From assembly GCA_047495785.1 (NCBI GenBank), contig JBLDXI010000020.1, positions 1,736,001 through 1,800,000 on the forward strand: 64,000 nt of DNA, read 5' to 3'. The notes beneath the pieces were generated by a model. It worked only from the letters and a program-made list of their open reading frames with translations, searched no databases and had not been told where the DNA came from. The position numbers and the translations under genes were made by a program. Every line of letters begins with the position of its first letter. The stretch's first letter is position 1. Source of the stretch: Lepidodermella squamata (lineage: Eukaryota; Animalia; Gastrotricha). Below are positions 1 to 11,966 of the stretch, piece by piece.

Positions 1-1
1 G

Positions 2-2480
2 AATTCACGCAATGCTGCGAATAGCGGCAATCGATTCGGCAAACGACCTAGTCGGCAAATTCTAGTCGCTGCTCGATCGACGGCTGAAAACGACAAAAGC
101 GCCGGGGGTAGTGCGAAAATTCGGAGTAAACAAATTTCCGTTGCCATAGCAACGAGTAAAAATTCGAACAGTGCCGATCGGAGGATCAGCGCTAGGTCGC
201 AGTCGTTTGACCATGTCGGCGTTAGTATGAGGCAGGCTACGCAGCGGCAATCAACCGCGCCTGTTGCGCCGCAGAATTCGACGTCGGCCGTTCGGCGATG
301 CTTATTCGGCACGGAATCGGCGAAAAATGACGCGATTTCAATGCTGAAGCCTGGCTTCACAACGCCGAGGAAACGCTCGGCCGCTGCTTTGACGTCAGTG
401 GCCGACACCCCGCCCATGGATGCGAAGAAGCAATACCGACTACCACCAACGACCCCGTTATCGAAAATCAACCATGAAAATCAGCAAAATGATGTGATGA
501 AGTCGCCGAGTTTTCCTAAGCCTGATTCATTGCCGTTTCGGGTTGTTACAACCCCGTTGAGGCAACTTCAATTGCAACAGGCGGTTATGAGATCGCCAAT
601 GGCGCCCGGTACGATTTTGGTGCCTCAGTCGCCGGATGACAGTAAAGCGGGTATTACCGCTCGTTCGTTCTATGCGAAGCAAAACGGACCGCCCCAATCG
701 GTTGTTCAGGCTACGAAAAAGAACCTGTTGTCGAGCGCGAATCGGAGAACGATGAGTAGCTACGACCTGAGCGCTGGTCCGTCAACTCAAGCTTCAAACA
801 ACGGTAAGTTGAAAGTATAGAAAATTCGAAAAGTCCGATGAAATTTCATATTTTTTTCATTGAATTCAAGGTGATTTGAGCAAAATTCAAATATCAGAAA
901 AATGTTGAAATCTGAGTGACTTGAAATTTTGATGTTTTGGGATTTTGGTAATGATGAAATATTTTGAATAAAAATTGACCTAAATTAGAAAATTAGATAT
1001 TCTCCCACGGCTGTGTCTTTTTTCATCTTGCCAAACATCTTTTTCTATCTAACCAAAATTTTGTTCTGGAAAATAATTTAATTGTTAAATCTAGTGTAAA
1101 TTCGCAATAAATCTTTTTTCATCTTGCCAACATGTTCATCAATATACTAAGTAAATTAAACACATTTTTAATCGGGCAATATTCCTTCCATGGTTTCCTT
1201 TCAATCTAACTCCTCGGAGATTTTCAGCGACCATTGGTAGTACGGCGGCCACGGTCTAAGACTACGCTCCACAACGCGACTATAACTGCGTCGTGCGGTA
1301 CCGGGCGGCCGTCCTATCCTTGGTCGATTCGAAGTTCCTAAAGAACAGGCCTAAATCAACGGATGGGCTTGGCTTGAGGAACCGAATCGTGAGATTGATT
1401 TTCTCGATTACCCTAAGCGTACTGGCCACTTTGGTGGTAGGCTATTAAAGATTTCGTTGTGAGACGCGTGGCCGCAAAAGAAAACAATTGAAACACGTGG
1501 CAAGATGAAAAAAGATGTTGGCAAGATACAAAACGACATTGGCAAGATGGAAAAAGATTTTTCGTATTTTTCACGCGAGAAAATGCTGGTTAGATGAATA
1601 AAGATGGAATTTTTCGGTTAGATAGAAAAAGATGTTTGGCAAGATGAAAAAGGATTTTGGCAAGATGAAAAAAGATTAACCCTCTCCCACAGTATGAAAC
1701 GAAAAATACCAATCCCATTATTACAGCGTGTCCCAGAAGTTGAGTAACTATTTTTCAATTTGCCAATTTTTTGTAGAAAATTCAATTAATTTGTTTGAAT
1801 TAATCCATCATTTATACACGAATTAACCGAAGAAATAAAAAATAAACCGGAGAAAACCCCGATGGTAACTGGTTCGGTAATTTTCGGTATTTTCCCCTGT
1901 TGGTCCAAATTTTTCCGCACTTGTTAACAAGGGACATGCTTGGTACTACTCTTGTGATTTTTTTTAATGTTTTCGAATTTATTTGGCCATGAGATGTGGC
2001 TTCGTCTCTCATTTTAGAGTTTCTGAACCATTTTCCGTGTATTTTCTTTCATTGTCCTTTGTCCTTTCAAATCGAATTGCCCTTTGTTACAGTAGTCTTA
2101 AATTCAAGCTAAATTTTTTAGTAATTTGAACCGTCCGCATTTCATCTGTTTTTTTTCTGCCAGATACCACGCATTTTTTGTTTGCCGAACTGCTGACTCA
2201 AAGTCCAAGCACCGGCATCACCGAATATTCAATCATGTACGGCTCGAAACCGAGCTCGGGCGGTTGTTTTCCGCCATCCGAAGCGGATATTTCACCGCGT
2301 TCGTGCCGCCTCCAGTCAACGTTGATGTCGCCTCGAGAAAAATCGATGGCGTCGCAGCAAATGCAATCAGTCATCATGGCATCGCCCGTTATCGAATCGC
2401 GATCTTCACGCCGACTTCAACACCAAAACAGCCTTCAACAATCGCCGTTCTCCGTAGCAGCCGGCTATACCTGCGAATAA
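2..2480 (+). CDS. 3' part of a gene of unknown identity; disordered Ser/Thr/Pro-rich C-terminal region (exons <2..803 and 2164..2480)
   Basis: The frame of ORF 227..820 has no stop back to base 2, so the gene starts upstream of the window. Donor G|GTAAGT at 803/804 and acceptor TTTTCTGCCAG| at 2163 join (phase 1) in frame to ORF 2178..2480. Many S/T-P sites and an RRCLFG motif. Confidence 0.7.
1009..1682. mobile_element. Non-autonomous DNA transposon/MITE with reiterated subterminal inverted motif and 8-bp TSD
   Basis: TTTTTCATCTTGCCAA repeated on the left arm and TTGGCAAGATGAAAAA repeated on the right arm; flanked by direct repeat TCTCCCAC (1001-1008 and 1683-1690); lies in an intron. Confidence 0.75.
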
Positions 2481-3107
2481 ATATTGAAAAAATGAAGTGA
2501 AAAAAATTGTTAAAAATTCATTTAAAATTTTATGTGTTGCTTTTTGGTTGCTATAAAATAAAAACGCGGAATACCAGGCTGTCCATTAAAATGGACCTGG
2601 AAAAATTAAGGAGGAGTATACCTCATAACGATATTATTGATTATATCGCAGTCTCGTGCCTTTGTTTCGTATAAAATACATAATAATATTATTATTATTC
2701 CTACTTTTGCTGTTAATTGTTCTTTGTTTTATTGTTTTGGTTTTACGCGGGAAAAAATAGCCCAACATTTGTTATATAATCTTATCTCTCGAAAGTAATG
2801 TATAATCTCGCCGCAGACGTGAGCAGCTTTTTGTCCCAAGCTATATTAAAATCGATTATTTCAGCATCTTATTGAAATACTTTAGGCCCAAGATTGTTAA
2901 TGATATCATATAATATCGAATAAGGAGGAATAATGAATAAAAATAAAATGGAAAAACCCCCATAAAAACCAAAATACAAGGCCTTTTTATGACTGAGCGT
3001 GGATAGGTCACATGGGAGTCAAGATGAGAGATTCAACCTAAATCTCGGAACGGAATATTCATCACATTTTTAGTATCGTTTCAACCAGAAAAAGCCGCTC
3101 TAGAAAA

Positions 3108-3510
3108 ATGTCTAGACTCGCAGACATGCTACTAGCAATGGCACTTTGCATGACTTTGCTGTTCGACTCGTTCGAATCGAGTTACGTTGTCGCTCGAATG
3201 AGAACGCAGAAGAACGCCAATTCTAACGTAAACAAGCGGAACGACGAAGACTGCGGCGAAAATCCGCTCGATCGCTTCAATTATTTTCAAGGTAGTATCA
3301 AAATATATGCCGCCATTAATATTTTATTCCTGAATTTTTGCATCAGAGGCGAATGACGATGACCTGCTGCGGACGCTGCAATTCTCCATGCCTGGGAATA
3401 TTTTCAAAAATTTGAAACTTCACTATCTCATGTATACGGCATGCACGACGCAAAAATCGGCCGAAAAGCGCCAGTTTCACCTACCGCTCTCGTACAATAA
3501 AGAGGATTGA
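3108..3510 (+). CDS. Secreted orphan protein, CGxxP family member 1 (about 115 aa; exons 3108..3291, 3347..3510)
   Basis: Hydrophobic N-terminus; 55-nt GT-AG intron; spliced product ...NKRNDEDCGENPLDRFNYFQEANDDDLLRTLQFSMPGNIFKNLKLHYLMYTACTTQKSAEKR... Confidence 0.75.
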
Positions 3511-4041
3511 GTATTCCAGGACGTGACAAATTTAGCATTTAAATCTGATAAATATTGTTGCAATATAGACATTTCGCATCCGCTTTGAGTGTTAATTACG
3601 AAGAGGCGCCATTGGTAACATTACGATAAATAAAATCAGGTGTGTGGACATTACTTGTGGGTGTCTGGCGGGCTTTGTTATAGCCGTCGCGCTATTACGG
3701 CGATTAGCGCTTGAGGCGCGCCTTTCGCATATTTTTTTTTACGGCGCGCAAAAATTTGCGTGGGAGTTCGAATTCAACGGCGCGCGCGCCTACTCATCAA
3801 TACAAAGTGTACTTTTGCACAGATGAAAATGAAATTGCATCAAGTTTTTATTTCTCTTATGTTTGATTAATTTCTGTACCTAACCCCCGTAGAGCGAGGC
3901 AGGATATTAAATACAAAGATTGATTTTACAGCGCGCGCGCGCGCAGACCTTTGAAAGGAATTCGAATTGCGCACAGTTGCCTGCTTTTTAATTCCAATCG
4001 CTGAATAGCATTATCATTTTTTTCTACTCATCGCAATAGCT

Positions 4042-4428
4042 ATGACAAGCACAGTGACATATTTGGCCCTCGCTGTTGTCGCCCTTGCGACGCTGTTCGA
4101 AGTTTCGAATGCGAGCTTCTCACTCGCCCTGTCGCGCAACAACCCGCGACCCCGCCGCGCCCAGTTCAAACGCCCGCCGCCTATGACCCAGGACGATTGC
4201 GGACCTAACCCGCTCAGCATTTTGACCATGTCTCCTGATGGCGATACGGATAACAACATTGATGGTAATATTTCACCCTAAATTATTTTACTTAATATCC
4301 TCCTTAAAAATTTAGTTGACGACGAAACTGCAATTGCGTTCGCGAAGGAATATTTGCCGAAGGATTTTTTCAACATTTTGGTCGCACGCTACGAATCGTA
4401 CCGCAATTGCTTGCTACGCACGATGTAA
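4042..4428 (+). CDS. Secreted orphan protein, CGxxP family member 2 (about 111 aa; exons 4042..4264, 4316..4428)
   Basis: Signal peptide MTSTVTYLALAVVALATLFEVSNA; 51-nt phase-1 intron; DDCGPNPL...YLPKDFFNILVARYESYRNCLLRTM*. Confidence 0.75.
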
Positions 4429-5006
4429 CGCTTTTTGTAACCTGATATCGTCGCTATTACTCTATCTCTCACCTGTGTATACCGCAAAAAATCTGGAATT
4501 TCTGTATGCAAAAATTTATGATTATATAATTTTAGGCGACTTTTTTCTAAATTATTCTAGAATACTATAAATATCTCGTCAATTTATTTTCTGATCTGGA
4601 GAAAAATAAAACTTGATCAAAACTCATTAGTAAAACTTCACGTTGTCATCTCAAAAAATTGAGGTAAAATGTAAATAAAAAACAGGTCAAAAATGCACTA
4701 ACGGTAACGCGATACTTGTTGACTTGTTAGTAAATTGTGACGCATCATATCTGCCCCGTGATAGTATCCACCAACGTCAAGTGGAATTTCGGCGAAAAAT
4801 TAGACAGAAATAACAATCAAGCAGCGCGCGCCCACATGGCCTGTCGTATCGTAATTCACGTGAAACTGTCTTAAGTGCTGATCAAGATCAAAGATAATAG
4901 CGATAAATACAACAAATTAAGAACGCATCATTTGGCCAATTACCGATCGACATTATATAAAGCGCTTCAACAGCGGTAGATCGGGAATCTAGTTCGCTCG
5001 ACAATA

Positions 5007-5459
5007 ATGAATACGACTGCTATCTTTTTCGCCGCTATCGGAGTTACGGCTGTCAGACTTTCTGCTGGCGCTCAGAATTTCTCGAAGCCGGTTCCAATAC
5101 TCGCAAAACAACACCCTGTTCTTCAAAGAAAGTTGTCGCTTTTGGCCAACGCCGTGACGGCTCCAAATCGATGCGGTTTCGACCCTTTGGCGCATTTTCG
5201 GTTATTCCTAAAACTTCATCTTCTCCAAAACGCGGTAAACGCTCAATTCGAACAAATTCGAAGCGCTGATGATACGCAGGGTGCTCACAAACGCCGACGC
5301 CCCACTGCCCTACACCCGCTAGCTGTACGTGCTGCCGATAATAAGCCGCTCCATGCAAACAATGTCCTGAAGAAGGTCAAAAACATGGCTAGACACTTGG
5401 AGCTACGGCGTAGGAAATACCTCGACTGCATTTTCATGCTCGATTCTGACTACATATAG
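5007..5459 (+). CDS. Secreted orphan protein, CGxxP family member 3 (150 aa, single exon)
   Basis: Signal peptide; RCGFDPLAHF...RRRKYLDCIFMLDSDYI*; TATATAAA about 50 nt upstream. Confidence 0.8.
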   Translation: MNTTAIFFAAIGVTAVRLSAGAQNFSKPVPILAKQHPVLQRKLSLLANAVTAPNRCGFDPLAHFRLFLKLHLLQNAVNAQFEQIRSADDTQGAHKRRRPTALHPLAVRAADNKPLHANNVLKKVKNMARHLELRRRKYLDCIFMLDSDYI

Positions 5460-6188
5460 GCTTGGAAAACACGACCAAACGGGGACATGCCGTGGTTTGT
5501 ATTGTTCACTTTCCGTGGTCGATTTTAGAAAGATTCTCGTACTCGAATTCTTACCCAAGTTTTTCAGCTTTGTATAATCTTTTTCATTATTTGTTCTGTA
5601 ATAAAAAATTGCTGTTACAAATTATTATTGGTCCAAGATAATGTTTTCATTTTTTATGATTGAAAATCGAAATCCGGTAATTATCTAGGACGCTTAGATT
5701 CGTCTCCTCTTAGATTCGACTTTTTTCCAACTTGAGCGAAGGCACTTATTCTAGTTATGTTACATGAATCGCTCTTTAAAATTCAGCGAATTGGGTTATT
5801 AAGTTATCACACCTTTTGGGTCAGATGCTCATCAAATTGAGCTGAAGAGTATATCTTTTCCTGAGAACCTTACAACCTTTAACCGAATTTTTGAACAAAA
5901 TGTCAAGATAAATTTATAGCTGCTGACTTAATCTTGTCAACTAGAGACAACTAGGCCACAGACTAATTGGGATATTTGCGGGAAATAAACGCATTTTGCC
6001 TGTATCGAATGTTGTAATTGAGGTGTGAGGATGCTAATTAACTCGCATTTCACTTTTTAATGACCTCAGTTATCCCTATCAGAACGAGGTCATGGCTGAT
6101 TGAACCGGGACTTCGATAACGAAAGCAGATAAAAATTTAATTGAAACTGCAGCTCAATTTTCGCAAATTTTGCACGTATCCTAGAAAA

Positions 6189-6795
6189 ATGATCATTTTT
6201 CTGGAACTAATGTTGGGAATTTCTCTCGGATTTCCATTTTATTTACAAGAAAGTGGAAATAAAATACCGTTTAGAGGCAATTCGCGGCTAGAATCCTTGG
6301 ACTTGGCTAGATCTAATACTCGTACGGGGGAAAGTGGAAGCCGGGCGAAATCCCGAGCTCGAAGCTTGACGTCCGATAACCCTTACATTGTTCAATGTGG
6401 CGACGATCCAATGGCTAGGTTGAGCCAGTTTTTCGCGTTAGTTTTTCATCGAGGATACTACAAGATTCCGGACTATGATATGACCCCGGATCAACTTTTC
6501 CAGCACTTGAATCGATTCGACAAAAGTGGTAAGTGTAATAAAAAAAAAACGAAGACCCGACTTCATAAAACTTGAGGGAATTGACCTTAACTATTTTAAT
6601 TAGATCAGATAGTCTAATATATGGCTGTTCTTATTAGATGACCTGCTTTGCTGTTTTATGATTTCAGGCAGAGCGAGGCGATTGTTGGCAAGAATCGAAC
6701 AGCATGCGCCAGGCTTGAGCCACATCGTCGCGGTCAGGCATCGAATGTATGTCCAATGTGTCTACAAACTTTCACTGGATGCTGACTACGTGTAA
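6189..6795 (+). CDS. Secreted orphan protein, CGxxP family member 4 (about 155 aa; exons 6189..6528, 6668..6795)
   Basis: ATG at 6189; donor G|GTAAGT and acceptor TTTCAG|; QCGDDPMARL...GRARRLLARIEQHAPGLSHIVAVRHRMYVQCVYKLSLDADYV*; close paralog of member 5. Confidence 0.8.
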
Positions 6796-6938
6796 CCCAA
6801 CGTTTCAACTCGCAAATAGCTCAGCTTCAGAATTATTTTACCTTGTAGGTCTGCCGTCGGTAATAGGGGATATAGCTTGAATTCGAAACCAGGCGTTGCT
6901 CTCGTCCCAAATTCATTGCACCAGCAGAACTTTTTCTA

Positions 6939-7166
6939 CAGCGTGTCCCATAAGCTGCGCAACCATTATGTAACTTTGGAAAGGAAACTAATTTTTCTTC
7001 CATTCTTTATCCACGATTTAACCGAAGAAATTGAAAATTTACCGAAGAAAACCGTGAAAACTCTGAAGGTAACTGGTTCGGTGATTTTCGGTTTTTACAT
7101 GGTTGGATCAAATTTCTTCGAATTTTTTTTATCCCATTCACAAAAACTTACTTATGGGACACGCTG
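6939..7166. mobile_element. Tc1/mariner-type MITE (TA TSD)
   Basis: TA|CAGCGTGTCCCATAAG ... CTTATGGGACACGCTG|TA. A related partial copy at about 1723-1900 shares the left end and the internal GGTAACTGGTTCGGT. Confidence 0.8.
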
Positions 7167-7553
7167 TATTTTATTATTGGGGCACTGTCTTTATTATAAT
7201 CAAATAAAAATAATAATTATCGAACCGGCAGCGAGGATTTTTAAATATGCCCAATAATTTTTTTTAGGATTTTTAAATGTGCTTATTCATTCAATATATG
7301 CAGCTTGGACAATCGCTACTAAACATCGTGAAAGTTTTAGTTCAAAGTGAATGTTTTTTTTAGGTTTATGTAGCTATCATTTTTGCCCATCAGGTGTATT
7401 GGTCATGTGCCAACTTGGCAGCTTCCCTCGCCCAGCTCAGATGAACTCATTAACTTATGACAAATGACAATAACTTTGAAATTTTCTGCTTATCATTAAA
7501 GTCCTTGAAATTCACTGATTCCATTAATCGGATAAAGCGATATAAAGCGATAT

Positions 7554-7817
7554 CGGGGAAAACTTTGTTCATCCGACAACCAAAATCTGACTAAAACCCG
7601 CCGAATTGCTATTACAGTGAACAAGTGACAACTCTGATCGCCATGAATCTGTCACCATAAAATTCTGCCGGTTCAGGGGCCAAAATAGGGTGCATGAAAG
7701 GGGTATGCCCCTACAGAAAAATCGAACTCGGGAAAATCGAGAAAATCGATATATCAATGTCGGATGATTTTAGTCACATTTTTGGTTGTCGGATGAAAAA
7801 AGTCCGATATCAGCCCT
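7554..7817. repeat. Small inverted-repeat element (MITE-like)
   Basis: TTCATCCGACAACCAAAATCTGACTAAAA near 7568 inverted as TTTTAGTCACATTTTTGGTTGTCGGATGAA near 7768-7797. Confidence 0.55.
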
Positions 7818-8864
7818 GCAAACTGTATAACTATGACTCGTAAACTGAGCCCTCTGTAGCGCAACATGAGCGTCATAGGTAGACAGCTCGGTTCGGCATG
7901 ATATAATAGAAAATTGAGATTTTAAGAGTCAGAATTTTTTCTGCGGGCATGGAGCAAAGTCCACGGAAAAATGAATGCTCACACACACGCACAATGCACG
8001 CCGCCGATAAGCGCGAACTTGTCCCACTAGTAAACGGCCTTGGAACTCCAAGAATAAAGCTCAACTTTTGCGAATGGTTTCATCAGCCTGCCTAATGATG
8101 GAAAAAAAAATTGAAAATCCGAGCATTAAAAATGTGGGAGCCACATGCGGGATCGAACCCGCAAACCTTGTTTTCACGTGATAAAAAAACCATGTCAAAT
8201 AAAAGTATGAATCCTACATCGAAACGAATTGCGTCATTCGAAAGAGCGGGGTCGATTACCCCTCCTATAGCATCAGTGACAATTATAACTTTAATTTCGA
8301 TACTACGAGATTCTCAAATTTTGAAAAATACGCCTTTTCCATTTATATCTCGAAAATTCGTTTTGTGGACATAGTCGCACTAATATTCGCAATCTCAACA
8401 ACCGGGAAATTTAGGGGTGAAAGTATTCAGATCCATGAGACTTGTCAATTTTCAAGCCTCGTAATTTTTTGCTGAAATGAACAATTACTCGCAACTCGCA
8501 ACTGCACAACTGTAATTGAAAATGCCCGAGACTCTTGAAAAAAAATTAATAAAAATGTTTTGAACGCAGTATTCAAAGAGCAGGCCGCTGATGTCTAAAA
8601 TGGGCGCCTCACATGTGACCAGTTAAACGAGGCGTGAATTTAGAGGCCTCGCTATATAATGAATGTTAATATAGTGATCCAAGTGCTGTGAATGTCCGGC
8701 GTAGCTATCTCGATCCACCCACATAGTATAATGACGCCGCAAAGTCTATAGCGAGTGTCTGCAGACGGAATCCTGATAATCATTCCAATTTTCACTCAAA
8801 GTAAAGACTCATTATCCGAGGCTCCGCACATTTCAACAAAACGAAACACCGTCTAGGCACGATA

Positions 8865-9487
8865 ATGTTAGGAACTTCAAGAAATTTTATACTTCTCCTC
8901 AGCCTCTTCTCGCCATTCATCGCTCAAGGATCAGCTCTTAATGAATTCAAGAGCCGAAATCATCACCCTCCTTCAACCAAGGCACACAACAAGCTAACTA
9001 ACAAAATTACCTCAGAGAACAGAGTCTTGGCGAAAACTTTACGAATCGGCGATTCCAGCGAAGGTAGATCGAAAGCCTGGGCTCAAATAGCCCGGCAACA
9101 CAGCCGATTCCGGCCATCGGAACCTGCTGATTTCAAAATTGCAGGCCTGATCAATCCTTACGGCAAGCGATGTGGCGATGATCCGATGGCAAGGATAGGC
9201 CTTGTTTTCGGCATTCTATCACACAGGCAATGGAACCCGCACAAATCAATGACACCCGTTGAACTATTTCAACACTTGACATTATTCATGAATAGTGGTA
9301 TATTATGATTAATTTAATTTCGGGAAAAAATCAATTATTTTTTCTTTTAAATGTCCTAGATTTGGCTAAGCAAATGCTGATACATATCGAGCGACAAGCG
9401 CCCGGGCTTAGCCAACTCGTCGCCAACAGACATCGGATGTTCATCGATTGCGTCTACAAATTGTCTATAGACCCTGATTATATTTGA
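8865..9487 (+). CDS. Secreted orphan protein, CGxxP family member 5 (about 186 aa; exons 8865..9297, 9360..9487)
   Basis: Signal peptide; 62-nt phase-1 intron at the same position as in member 4; INPYGKRCGDDPMARI...DLAKQMLIHIERQAPGLSQLVANRHRMFIDCVYKLSIDPDYI*. Confidence 0.85.
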
Positions 9488-10125
9488 AAAATTCGCCACT
9501 TTCTTTGTTGAAAAAAAAATCGCAGTGATCGCATATATTTTTTCCTCAATTAAGTGTAAAAAATTAATATTAAAGCCGGACGTAATTTTCACTTTTTTCT
9601 TGAAGGTGAATGATGCATGAGTGACGGCGTTAGGTCATTGTAGGCGGTGATGATGGGCAATGTCTTTTTAGGAAGTAGCCGTCGTCGTTAAACAATATCA
9701 TCGCAGCTAGTCAAGTGAAAACAGGGACTTTGAAATGCCCATTCAGTTGTTAAAATCGAATTAGGACAGATTCCTATACATTTTCACCCTTGAGTGAATC
9801 GGTCAATCGGGTTGGAACGTGGTAATTGGTAAATCTTTGATCCAGGCCAAGTCAGTGATTTTTTTGCGTATTTATTGAGCGCATTTATACCGCCGATTTT
9901 TTTCTCACAATTATTGGATGCGTCATTTTCACTTGACTAAGCCGATCGCTTTATTAATAAAGTTAGTTAGGTATAATTATATAGGGCGAAAGAACGGAGG
10001 ACCACGCAAAATTATCCCGAGTTCTAATATAAGAGTATGCAATGAATAATAGATGGGCGTTTGAAATTTTTTATTTATTTTTTAATTGCTATTTAATATA
10101 GTGGGCCCTTTTTTATTGTGACAAA

Positions 10126-10668
10126 ATGAAGCCGGTCCTATTGACACTATTGGCCCTCGAGATGGCAGTTCTATGCAGTGCTTCGACGCGGCAGAAGGTA
10201 TTGACTGAACAACGGCTTCGAAACAATCACAAAATCGATCAAAACAGAGCAACAGTTCAGTTGCTGAATCGGCTGATGAAGGAGAAGCCAACAACACCGC
10301 CAGTTGTAACAACCCCGGCCCCAATTATTTTCGAAAATTCGCGATCGACCACTACTACAACCCCGCCACCGGTTACAACGGGTTTTTTCGTCCCAGAGGC
10401 GAAATACATCAGCCGACCGGGACATTTGTGTGGCGACGACCCAGTCGCTCGGCTTTGGGTGTTCCTTCTATTAGCCGCGAACAAACTCGGCGAGTTACCG
10501 ATGACGAACGGCCGCGTTGAAATGAACGAAGATACGATAAGTAAACTGATAACGAGCCTTCAGAAGGACAATCCATCTATGGCCATGGCTTTAACCATCC
10601 GCCGGCGCCAGTTTCTCAACTGCATGTACACCCAGGCTGTGGCTGCTGATTACATCAAGCGACGATAA
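10126..10668 (+). CDS. Secreted orphan protein, CGxxP family member 6 (180 aa, single exon) with Thr/Pro-rich linker
   Basis: Signal peptide; PTTPPVVTTP/STTTTTPPPVTT; HLCGDDPVARL...RRRQFLNCMYTQAVAADYIKRR*. Confidence 0.8.
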   Translation: MKPVLLTLLALEMAVLCSASTRQKVLTEQRLRNNHKIDQNRATVQLLNRLMKEKPTTPPVVTTPAPIIFENSRSTTTTTPPPVTTGFFVPEAKYISRPGHLCGDDPVARLWVFLLLAANKLGELPMTNGRVEMNEDTISKLITSLQKDNPSMAMALTIRRRQFLNCMYTQAVAADYIKRR

Positions 10669-11966
10669 ACAAAATACATTTTAAAATTTAATAGGGCAGT
10701 TTTGTAAACTTAGTCTTCTATCGATTCTTTGCACTGTTATTACGTTTGTTTGGACACCTTCATCAATATTACCTATTTGAATAAATCGATTTGCAGGACG
10801 ACCTGATAATCTTGTTTTTATATTCAAATTTTGGCTGTTTTATGGGCCAATTTTTACCTATTTGATTAAGCACTTCACTATTGTCCAGCCTAATGAACCG
10901 ATTAAATTTTCGCCCTAATATTACCACGTGCAATATTGGTAATTTTGACCTTTTTATGGATGAAAAATTAACTGATTGAAACTGCTCTGGCGTGAAATTA
11001 ACGTCGACACCATCATCATATAAATGCCCGCAAAAAAGAGCGGTTTTTATATATATTTACGCCGAGATTTCCGAATATTAATCCTTGTTTTGAGTAGCCA
11101 GACTTCACCGAACCCTAGTTTCATGCGTCATCGGCAAACTTGGATAACAACAAGCTGTTCGGATATAAAGAGGCATTTTTGCAGTATTTTTCTTACTTTT
11201 CACAATTTTCGCCATGATTAATGGATTTTTCCTGTTAATGAAATTCTTTTCGATATCTCATTATTTTAGAATTATCTGTGAAAATGCGATATGAAAGCAG
11301 CAATAATCATTAATACCTGAGCCGAAATCGCAAATTACCGCGATTATTTGATATATAAAATATATCCGCGCACTAGTTTGATTTGAGCGCAAACAATGCG
11401 CGCGCGCGATAATTTGCGCGCGTAGGTCGATTTTTTCATCGCAAACACAACACTCGCCTACTCTCGCTTTCATTTGTCGGCACTTCACGTGCTCTCAATT
11501 TTTTATATTATCGCAGAAACAGGAAAACCATGTCCCGTATACATCCATATAAAATAAATCAACTTGTGATGGACAGGAAAATTTCCGCTCCTATATTATT
11601 ATGCTATATAGTTATGAATAAAAAGCCTCTATATATGAATTGCGCGTCATCGGAGCCTATTAATACGAGATAAGAATAATAATATATTGCGCAATTTTTC
11701 GCACGTTTTTCCCGGGCTCACACTTGGTCCGATTCGAGGCCTTCGGGGAGATCAACTGCGCGCGCAAAATTGCGTGACCATCGATTCGCGCCCTTCTCTA
11801 TTTTGCATTCTTATTATAATCAAATAAAATAATTAGCCTCATTTTTATCACACAACGGTCCATCTTATCGTCTGAGCCGCCGGCGCATCTCAATTTGCCC
11901 CTGGTCTAATTTTCAAATTTATTATAAAACAATTCATCCCAATTTTTGAAAGATTTTTTAGATTTA

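Noticed and set aside
213-230. Short ATG..TGA overlapping ATG 227 as a regulatory uORF
   Set aside because: The main frame is open from base 2, so ATG 227 is probably an internal Met.
10420-10480. HLCGDDPVARLWVF resembles the insulin B chain (HLCGSHLVEALYLVC)
   Set aside because: No second B-chain Cys and no A-chain CC; the family domain has only two Cys, which does not fit insulin connectivity.
10600-10668. YTQ and DYI recall plant phytosulfokine (DYIYTQ) mimicry
   Set aside because: The motifs are in the wrong order and not contiguous; no member has YIYTQ.
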